This document shows, in pieces, positions 32,924 to 40,532 of a stretch of 64,000 nucleotides of DNA (the stretch's first letter is position 1; each line of letters starts with the position of its first letter). Source of the DNA: a virus; IMG/VR virus record IMGVR_UViG_3300045988_056849. One strand, 5' to 3'. Both the position numbers and the translations under genes were made by a program. The notes below the pieces were generated by a model. That model had not been told where the DNA came from. It worked only from the letters and a program-made list of their open reading frames with translations, and made no database searches.

Positions 32924-34810
32924 ATGGCAGGGAATACTAAAAATTTGGGGCAGGTTGCTGGTGTATATATCGGCAACACTCCGCCTGAAAACATAATTCT
33001 GATTTGGTATGATAATACTCCGAGTCAGATGCGACATAAGATATACGACCCAGGATTGAGTCAGTGGGTAGTTCTTGACCAGAACGTTATCTCATTGATT
33101 ACTTATTCCGAGTTGGTAAACATCGCAAAGAATGTCGGTCTGTCTATCGGTCAGTATTTCCAAATCAAGGATAAAGGAAATGCTTTGGCTCTTGCTATCA
33201 CAACGACCAAAGTGCAGTATGATGATGAATTGGGTAATATCCTGATTGACGATTTGGGTACCAATATTCAATATCACGTAACTTCTTCCAATCTTTTGGT
33301 AGATGACGTTGCGGGTGTATTCGATACGGTAAACAAAAAGCTGGTATTCCAATTCAAAGAAATGGTTCCCGACTTTACTGCTGATGATTACATCATGGGT
33401 AAGGTTCAGCGTAACAACGTTTGGAGCCTTGCTAAGTATCGGTTGTCTTCTTTCTTATCGAAGGTAACTGGTAACTCAATCAGTTGGAATGGAGGCTTCT
33501 TCTTTAATTTCGGTGATGCTTTGAAAGCTCAGCTGGATAAGAAAGGAGGAGTTGTTGCCAAAGACACCTACGATACGGATATGCAGAAGGTCAATCAAGA
33601 CATAGCAAACGTAGGTAAAGCAAATCAACAGATTATAGATAATGCTAACAAAGCAATAACTGATGCAACGTCTGATACGGCTATCTACGCCAAAAAGTCT
33701 CCTGCGTTAGAAACAGGAGGAGAGCCGACCGATGCAGCAAAAGGAGACAGCTTGTTAACAATCTTGTCTAAGTTTCAGAGATACATCACACGTTTCAAGT
33801 ATGCAACTGGTATTCGAGTATCTCAAGACTTCACTGATGCCGTACAACCAGAATACGTCAATAACAATGATACTGTTGACTCTGCGCTCAGAAAGATACA
33901 GTACTGGTTAAAGAATGCTGGTACGGGCAGTAAACTATCACCTGATTGGACTCCGAAGGACTATGCAGGAACCATAGCCGATGTAGCAGGTGGAGATAGT
34001 CTTGACGAAGCATTTGCGAAGGCTATCGGAAAACTGAATCAGATTGGTACTATATCGAACGGTCAAGTGCGTTCAAAGGCAACTACTTCGGGCGGTACAA
34101 GTAGAACTATTTTCAATTTAGCTTCTGCAATTCTTTCTTTTTATAGAGATGGTACAAGTGGACATAATGTTTCTCTGAGTTCATCTTCTGGTTTGAGTAT
34201 AAAGGATTCAAATAATTATGGATTGGTAGCTAATGGAGATGGTTTAGATTTTCAATCACAAACACAGCAAATTTTTGATATTCCTGCTTATGAAAAAAGC
34301 GGTTTAAGTAATGTTTACGGAGGAGCTTCTGCTTTGTATAGAGGTAGAGCGATTTCAACAGCACCTGGATATGCTTCATTAGGTATTATTTCCGCTTTAT
34401 CAGCTGTTTGTAATTGGAACGGTTTAACTCCTTCGGGGGGGTATCAAGTATTTGATGCTTATTTTGCTAATTTCAAAGCTGGAGGGCTGTCTCTTGGACT
34501 TATTCATTTATCGTCCACTGACCTTTACTTGGATACCGATTGTTCTTTTGTTAGCTGCACAAACAGCGAAAATAAAAACGTATTTTTGCCAGCTGACCCG
34601 CATGATGGACAATTGATTATTGTAAATCAAGTGAACTCTGCTAATATTGCGGTACATGGAAATGGACGTAGAATTTGTGATAATACTAATGTAGATTCAG
34701 TGAATATTGGTTCTGCAAGAAGCTGTGGAATTTTTGTATTTAATCCTAATATTGCTACTGACCCTGGTTATAAATGGGGAATGTGGGTATTTGAACGTTG
34801 GAACAGATAA
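32924..34810 (+). CDS. fibre-like structural protein
   Basis: The N-terminus LGQVAGVYIGNTPPENIILIWYDNTP...IYDPGLSQWVVL resembles conserved N-termini of phage fibre proteins. 628 aa with an S/G/N-rich C-terminal half. Confidence 0.45.
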   Translation: MAGNTKNLGQVAGVYIGNTPPENIILIWYDNTPSQMRHKIYDPGLSQWVVLDQNVISLITYSELVNIAKNVGLSIGQYFQIKDKGNALALAITTTKVQYDDELGNILIDDLGTNIQYHVTSSNLLVDDVAGVFDTVNKKLVFQFKEMVPDFTADDYIMGKVQRNNVWSLAKYRLSSFLSKVTGNSISWNGGFFFNFGDALKAQLDKKGGVVAKDTYDTDMQKVNQDIANVGKANQQIIDNANKAITDATSDTAIYAKKSPALETGGEPTDAAKGDSLLTILSKFQRYITRFKYATGIRVSQDFTDAVQPEYVNNNDTVDSALRKIQYWLKNAGTGSKLSPDWTPKDYAGTIADVAGGDSLDEAFAKAIGKLNQIGTISNGQVRSKATTSGGTSRTIFNLASAILSFYRDGTSGHNVSLSSSSGLSIKDSNNYGLVANGDGLDFQSQTQQIFDIPAYEKSGLSNVYGGASALYRGRAISTAPGYASLGIISALSAVCNWNGLTPSGGYQVFDAYFANFKAGGLSLGLIHLSSTDLYLDTDCSFVSCTNSENKNVFLPADPHDGQLIIVNQVNSANIAVHGNGRRICDNTNVDSVNIGSARSCGIFVFNPNIATDPGYKWGMWVFERWNR

Positions 34811-34812
34811 AT

Positions 34813-35397
34813 ATGAAAGCAAAAATTATAAGCCGTTATTCAGTCAAAGTGATTGATTACGACATAGAAAAACAAAAAGCTGATAATCTTTATAAGGCTA
34901 CTTTGCAAGAAAAAGAAATTGGCGATGAGTTCATAAAACCTATTCTTGCTAAAAAAGAAGAAAAGAGAACGGAAAGTGATTTGATTAAAATTATTCTTCG
35001 CAAAGAATTGGAAGATAATTATAAAAACAAACTTGATGAACTTTCAGCTTTCAAAGAATATGTTCCTTCAGAATTTTTCGGTGAAATTGATGATACAGAT
35101 TCAGTAAGACCGTATTACATTGAAGAAGGCGAATCAATTTTGCAAAAATGGGAGGTGGTAAAAAAAGATGTAGGCAAGATAAACGAAAAAATAAAATCTT
35201 TGAAGGAGAAGTTATCAGAAGGAGATTATAAAGTAATCAAAATATATGAAGCTAAATTAGCCAACAAAGATGAACCATACAGTCAAACTGATGAAGAAGA
35301 GTTTATAAAAGAAAGACAATCAATACGTGATGAAATCAATCGTTTAGAAGCTCTTTTGCCAAACAGCGGAACAATAAAAGAAATGACGCAAAAATAA
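34813..35397 (+). CDS. coiled-coil protein
   Basis: ATG 34813 lies just after stop 34808-34810. K/E-rich. Confidence 0.5.
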   Translation: MKAKIISRYSVKVIDYDIEKQKADNLYKATLQEKEIGDEFIKPILAKKEEKRTESDLIKIILRKELEDNYKNKLDELSAFKEYVPSEFFGEIDDTDSVRPYYIEEGESILQKWEVVKKDVGKINEKIKSLKEKLSEGDYKVIKIYEAKLANKDEPYSQTDEEEFIKERQSIRDEINRLEALLPNSGTIKEMTQK

Positions 35398-35402
35398 TAG
35401 CC

Positions 35403-35978
35403 ATGTGTAAGATAGTTTATTTAACGTCCAAACGTTTCGATAAGCCTGCTAACGAGTTCAAGAAGGCACTCGCAAAGGAGCTACGGAAACGAAACGTTGA
35501 AGTTGTGGTAGATAGTTCGTATGATGTATTTAACTTCTTCCGCAAGCATAAAACGTATGGGATAGCACTTGCTTTTGATTTCTATCGAGATGGACAGCAA
35601 GGAGCAGGGCTGACGCTAAATAAAAATTGTTCTTACATTGGCAGAGACTTTGCTTACAATTTATCAAACGCCTATGACGTTTTAACTCCGATAACGAAGT
35701 GGAGAGACTTTCAGTTTGTTGATTCTCACGACCGAGAATGGTTCAAGTTTTTCAATAAAGTCAGTTCTTCTACGAAAGCGATATTTTATTTGTGCACGTA
35801 CACCAATGACTCCGACCGTGAAGAGTTCTACGTTGTATATGATAAAGTCATTCAGCTTTTCGCAGATGAGATTGTAAGGTGTCTCCGTTCTGATTATAAT
35901 ACAGAAGATTACAGAAAGAGGGTAAAACTTGCTAAATTAAAAACTAACAAAGTAAAAAGGCATGGAATGGTTATCTGA
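35403..35978 (+). CDS. hypothetical protein (weak, probably inactive Amidase_3-like pattern)
   Basis: IALAFDFYRDGQQGAGLTL...IGRDFAYNL and AIFYLCTYTNDSD follow the Amidase_3 strand order, but the metal-binding His and Glu positions are replaced. Confidence 0.45.
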   Translation: MCKIVYLTSKRFDKPANEFKKALAKELRKRNVEVVVDSSYDVFNFFRKHKTYGIALAFDFYRDGQQGAGLTLNKNCSYIGRDFAYNLSNAYDVLTPITKWRDFQFVDSHDREWFKFFNKVSSSTKAIFYLCTYTNDSDREEFYVVYDKVIQLFADEIVRCLRSDYNTEDYRKRVKLAKLKTNKVKRHGMVI

Positions 35979-36450
35979 AAATCTGTTTGGGCTTATATCT
36001 TTGTTGTTTGGAGCAGGCGGTATTGGCTTTGCTGTAATTTCTAAGATACTGGACAGGAAGAAGTATGAGCAGGAAGTAAGAACTGCTTCAGCAGAAGCCG
36101 ATATGAAAGGCGATGACTTTTGGAAGAAGCGGTATGACGTTCTTCAGAAAGAGGTTGAAAACAAAGACAGCTGGTGGAAGGAGAGATATGATACATTGTA
36201 TAACGAGTACCAAAATGAAAGAAAGTTAAGCAATGAAATTGTTAAGTCTTTCCGCACAGAGTTAAATGAGATGAGAAGTGACTACGATAAACAACGAGAG
36301 CTTGAAAAGATGAAATATGACAAGCTCATGGAACAGTATCGTAGTTTCGAGGAAGAAAGTCAGAAGCGTGAGCACGAGTACAAACAACGTATTTCGCAAC
36401 TTGAAAATTTGGTTGCTTCTTACGAACAAAGATTAAAGACAAATGAATAA
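35962..36450 (+). CDS. N-terminally anchored coiled-coil membrane protein
   Basis: TM segment LFGLISLLFGAGGIGFAVISKIL, then a long charged helix. Confidence 0.55.
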   Translation: MEWLSENLFGLISLLFGAGGIGFAVISKILDRKKYEQEVRTASAEADMKGDDFWKKRYDVLQKEVENKDSWWKERYDTLYNEYQNERKLSNEIVKSFRTELNEMRSDYDKQRELEKMKYDKLMEQYRSFEEESQKREHEYKQRISQLENLVASYEQRLKTNE

Positions 36451-37015
36451 AAGCATAACCATATCTATCGGAGGACTTATTGCAATAGGCATAGCGTTAT
36501 TGATAGGTTACTTTTGGGGCAGGTCAAGTGTAGAACTACCGCAACCGAAAAGGATTGTTGAGGTCAAATGGGTAAAGGGAGACATTGTAAGAGATACAAT
36601 TGACCGTCCAGTTCCTTATGAAGTCAAAGTTCCCGTTGACCGTCCAGTCTTTGTTCCTACGGATACAGCTGCGTTATTTGCTATATGGCAAGATTATTAC
36701 TTGGACAGAAAGTATGCTTTGGACTTTTCTAATGATAGTTTGGGTACATTTAAGGTTGATGCTTTGGTGAGTCAAAATAAGCTCATTTCTGCCACTTCTT
36801 TTATTCAGCCGAATATCCGAACGGTTACGGAAAGAGAAGTCATATACAAAGTTCCTACGTTACAACCGTGGGCAATGTTAGGTACGTCAGCCGACTTCCG
36901 AACGAATAAGCTACAATTTGGACTTGATATCAAAAATAAGTACATTATTGGACTTTCGGGAATAAGGCTGGATGACCGATACGGATATACAATTGATTTT
37001 GGAATAAAATTTTAG
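36443..37015 (+). CDS. membrane-anchored protein with an OMP-like C-terminal beta-signal
   Basis: TM segment ITISIGGLIAIGIALLIGYFWG. The C-terminus ...DDRYGYTIDFGIKF ends in Phe with an alternating hydrophobic pattern. Confidence 0.5.
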   Translation: MNKSITISIGGLIAIGIALLIGYFWGRSSVELPQPKRIVEVKWVKGDIVRDTIDRPVPYEVKVPVDRPVFVPTDTAALFAIWQDYYLDRKYALDFSNDSLGTFKVDALVSQNKLISATSFIQPNIRTVTEREVIYKVPTLQPWAMLGTSADFRTNKLQFGLDIKNKYIIGLSGIRLDDRYGYTIDFGIKF

Positions 37016-37018
37016 CAT

Positions 37019-37204
37019 ATGGCAAAGAAGGAGACAAAACATAGTCATTTCATTCCTTCCCCATTCCCAGTCGTTACCGAGTATGAAAATGCTTTTGTGA
37101 AGTCTTGGAATGAAAATACCGCAAATGCAGTTGCAGAAGTCCTGAAATATATGGCTCAAGCAACTGCTTCTGCTATTAAAGAAACTAAGGAGGAGAAGAA
37201 ATGA
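37019..37204 (+). CDS. hypothetical small protein
   Basis: 61-aa ORF. Confidence 0.4.
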   Translation: MAKKETKHSHFIPSPFPVVTEYENAFVKSWNENTANAVAEVLKYMAQATASAIKETKEEKK

Positions 37205-37410
37205 AAAAGATTAAACACTTTGGTAAATGGTTATTGACCGTAGTCATTACCGTTCTTTATTTGGTAACATTCTTTTGGGTAGGACATGTATTGTACTATC
37301 TATCGAAGGTGTTCAAAATTATCGGACATACGTTCATGCTTGAGTTCGCTTCGGCAAAAGACGAGTTAAGAACGTTTTGGAAACATTATACAAATTTAGG
37401 AGACATATGA
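37201..37410 (+). CDS. small membrane protein
   Basis: ATGA overlap. TM segment WLLTVVITVLYLVTFFWVGHVLYYL. Confidence 0.5.
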   Translation: MKKIKHFGKWLLTVVITVLYLVTFFWVGHVLYYLSKVFKIIGHTFMLEFASAKDELRTFWKHYTNLGDI

Positions 37411-38339
37411 TTTTCAATCAAGGACAGATACAAGATATGTTATCAATTCTCAAAAGGTACGAATTGGTATTCATAGCAGGTCAGTTAGGATTGGATTATC
37501 TTTCTCAATCGGATAAGGATATACTGATTGCTGCTGGAATCAATCTTGATAAGTATAAGAACAAGAAAGGAGTAATTGAGCACGCATTCCTTTTCGGTAT
37601 ATTGGCTGAGGCTATCGGGGATGCGAGAGCAAAGAAAATGACTTATGCTCAGTTTCAGAAGTTTCTTGCTTCGGGTAATTTCATACCGCTTACCGAAGAA
37701 GAGGAGTTTGCCCTTCAAACCGTAAAGAATAGAGCATACACCGACATCACCAGTTTAGGAAACCGAATGAGGACTGGGTTGAGTAACGTAGTATTGAGAA
37801 ATAATCAACAACAGACTCTGGTAGTTCAGAATATGATTAAGCAAAAGACTATCAAAGCCGTTGAACTCCGTATGGGAGCGAGAGGACTTGCGGCAGACCT
37901 TGCCGAGACTTCTCAGGATTGGGAAGTTGATTGGTTGAGAATTGCTTACTATCTTACCCACGAAGCCTATAATTCAGGACGTGCTCAGAGTATCTTGAAA
38001 GAGTACGGAGCTGATGCTGAGGTTTATTTCGATGTTTACCCAGGTGCTTGTCAGCGTTGTCGGGAGCTTTACTTGACTGACCCTGAAGACCCAGATAGCG
38101 AGCCGATTGTTTTCAAACTCAAAGATATTATTGCTAATGGTAACAATATCGGGCGAAAGGTTAAGGAGTGGAAGCCGACTATTTCACCAACTCACCCTTA
38201 TTGTCGTTGTACGATAAATCACAAGAAAGCAGGTTTTGCTTGGGATGCAGAGCTGAGAGCCTTCACCAAACCTATCAAGAAAACTTCCACTAATCCAAAG
38301 TTAAAAGGAGTGAAGTTGAATATAAAAGTATCGAAATAA
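37407..38339 (+). CDS. MuF-like (SPP1 gp7 family) head morphogenesis protein
   Basis: C-terminal CQRC...THPYCRCT motif (H-P-x-C-R-C). ATG 37407 overlaps TGA 37408-37410. Confidence 0.6.
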   Translation: MIFNQGQIQDMLSILKRYELVFIAGQLGLDYLSQSDKDILIAAGINLDKYKNKKGVIEHAFLFGILAEAIGDARAKKMTYAQFQKFLASGNFIPLTEEEEFALQTVKNRAYTDITSLGNRMRTGLSNVVLRNNQQQTLVVQNMIKQKTIKAVELRMGARGLAADLAETSQDWEVDWLRIAYYLTHEAYNSGRAQSILKEYGADAEVYFDVYPGACQRCRELYLTDPEDPDSEPIVFKLKDIIANGNNIGRKVKEWKPTISPTHPYCRCTINHKKAGFAWDAELRAFTKPIKKTSTNPKLKGVKLNIKVSK

Positions 38340-38347
38340 GATTGTAA

Positions 38348-39025
38348 ATGAAAACTGAAAAATTGTTACTCATCCAGCCGCATAGTGATGATATTCTCTT
38401 TTGTTGTTCTCATCTGCTGTTCCTTCCTCAATACGAGGTTCAGGTGCTGACCGTAGAGAATGACCCAAAGAGAATAGCGGAGGATGAAAAATTGTTTGAT
38501 TTTCTCAATATTCCGTTCCATCATCTTGAATTAGATTTTCATGATGAAAGTTATTACGAGTTCCATAAGAATTACAAAGAAGTAACGGTGGAAGCAACGT
38601 ATAAACATTTGAATGAATACTTCGGGAGGGAAACGCTGAACGAGATTGAGGAAACGCTTGTAAATTGGGTTAGAAAGTTCTTGAAAAAGAACAAAGGGTA
38701 CACGGTGGTAGCTCCTTGGGGAGTTGGTCACCCATTTCATCTTTTCGTTCGGGAGACTTTACAAGGAGCGTTGAGTTACATGGAGTATTATCGGGAGTTC
38801 CCTCACTCCTATAAAAGACGTTCTCAACCTCAAGTAGAGAAACAAAAGCAAGAATACACTCTGAAACGTTCCGTAACAGTTGAGGAGTTTCATGAAGTGA
38901 AGTGGAAACTTGCTTCCAAATTCTATCGTTCTCAATCAGGTTTACAGTTCTACGAACAGGGTTATATTAAGAAACAGCTGCCCGAAGAGATATATGTGAG
39001 GGAAGCGGATGAATTACCATTTTGA
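38348..39025 (+). CDS. PIG-L/LmbE-family de-N-acetylase
   Basis: N-terminal LLLIQPHSDDILF (the [AP]H[PS]DD motif) and downstream GVGHPFHLF (HxxH). Confidence 0.6.
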   Translation: MKTEKLLLIQPHSDDILFCCSHLLFLPQYEVQVLTVENDPKRIAEDEKLFDFLNIPFHHLELDFHDESYYEFHKNYKEVTVEATYKHLNEYFGRETLNEIEETLVNWVRKFLKKNKGYTVVAPWGVGHPFHLFVRETLQGALSYMEYYREFPHSYKRRSQPQVEKQKQEYTLKRSVTVEEFHEVKWKLASKFYRSQSGLQFYEQGYIKKQLPEEIYVREADELPF

Positions 39026-39026
39026 T

Positions 39027-40478
39027 ATGAAGATATTTATTGCTGATTTTCAGATAGCGAAATATGGCGGTATTGTAGAATATGTTGCCAGTATGCTCAA
39101 AGCGTTCCGAGATTTGGGACACGAAGTAGATGTTGCTCAAATGACTCCTGCTTCTACTACCCAGAACGCTTATAACAAGAAAGTGAAAGAATTTGAAAGC
39201 GGAGAACATCAACGCAAGATTAAGTTCCATTCTCAGGCAGGAGGTTACGAGAAAGATGAAGTAACAGGTTATTGGCGCAATAACTATTATGGATATTTCT
39301 TGCCTCCAAGTAACCGTATCGGAGTATATGAGAAGAATGCGGTTGAGAGGTGGAAGGAGCTGGTGAAGGATGCTGATATAATTCTTTGGAATTTCATGCC
39401 CACGAAAAGTTCTGCTTGGAATAAGAAGGGCGTGGAGTTCGATTTTTGGCATAAGTTCTTTGACCTTCCTTCTTCGATTAAACAAGTGTTCTTGGTACAC
39501 GATGCTTATTTCAATGTAAGAGCTTCCAATATATCGGCTCTGAAAGATAAGATAATGTTTATGGCTTGTGCTCATTTAGCTGCTTATCAATGCTGTTCTG
39601 AAATAGGTATTCCGAGAAGTTTGCTATTGAATCCACGATACCTACCCAGCGGAGCTAAGATGACCGTGAAGATGATGAATAAACGCAAGGAGGACTTTTT
39701 TGCTGCTCATATGTTTAAGTCTATGAAGCATATGGAGGAGCTGATTGCTGCCGTTCCGTATATTCAGAAGGGAGAGGAGGAACGTTTCAAAGTAAAGATT
39801 GCTGGGACAGGCATAGAATATAACTATATGACCAGCGAGACGAAAACAAAGAGTAACTATATGTGTACTACGAAGCGTGACCCAGACCTTCCGAAGAAAC
39901 TTGACGGCAAACTTTCTCTTTGGGATAGAGCCGAGAAGTTTGGAATGGAGTACATGGGTCAGATGTCGGGCGGTGAAGTTATAGATACTTTGAGAAATAC
40001 GAAGTTTGCTATTGACCCATCTTGGGCTGAACATTATGCACGTTATTGTCGTACCCATATAAACGGCTTTATTATCGAAGCGATGTTATGCGGTGCTTAT
40101 CCTGTTTTGCGTGATTATAGAGGACTGGCGAAGGTGGAAGGAAAGGAAATATATGACCCACTATTCGAGAACGTCAGAGCAATCATTATTCCGTGGGATG
40201 CTACTCCGAAAGAATTTGCTGAGGCTTTGAAAAAGGCTGCTAAAATGTCTCCTGCTAAATTCTTGAAAGATACAAAGTACAACTTTGAGTTAGTACACGA
40301 ATTGTTTAATGCTACGAAGAATGCCGAAGAGATAATCAGACTGGTTAAAGGAGGAAGAAAGCTGGTAAGGAAAGAACTTGAAAAAGGCAAAGACTCACCG
40401 AATGTTAAGAAGATAACTCATGAAATCATGGAAGAGTTTTATCATATAGAACTTCCAATTGAGTGGGAAACGGATTGA
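39027..40478 (+). CDS. GT-B fold glycosyltransferase (GT4-like)
   Basis: N-terminus MKIFIADFQIAKYGGIVEYVASMLKAFRDLGHEVDV. C-terminal HINGFIIEAMLCGAYPVL is an E-x7-type motif. ATG lies 2 nt after the previous TGA. Confidence 0.65.
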   Translation: MKIFIADFQIAKYGGIVEYVASMLKAFRDLGHEVDVAQMTPASTTQNAYNKKVKEFESGEHQRKIKFHSQAGGYEKDEVTGYWRNNYYGYFLPPSNRIGVYEKNAVERWKELVKDADIILWNFMPTKSSAWNKKGVEFDFWHKFFDLPSSIKQVFLVHDAYFNVRASNISALKDKIMFMACAHLAAYQCCSEIGIPRSLLLNPRYLPSGAKMTVKMMNKRKEDFFAAHMFKSMKHMEELIAAVPYIQKGEEERFKVKIAGTGIEYNYMTSETKTKSNYMCTTKRDPDLPKKLDGKLSLWDRAEKFGMEYMGQMSGGEVIDTLRNTKFAIDPSWAEHYARYCRTHINGFIIEAMLCGAYPVLRDYRGLAKVEGKEIYDPLFENVRAIIIPWDATPKEFAEALKKAAKMSPAKFLKDTKYNFELVHELFNATKNAEEIIRLVKGGRKLVRKELEKGKDSPNVKKITHEIMEEFYHIELPIEWETD

Positions 40479-40532
40479 CGCAGTTATTATCTTTATCATA
40501 ATGTTAATCATGTAAAATAAACATAATGAATT

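Noticed and set aside
38967-39575. 202-aa minus-strand ORF
   Set aside because: It is fully antisense to the GT4-like glycosyltransferase, which has recognisable motifs. It has no motif of its own.
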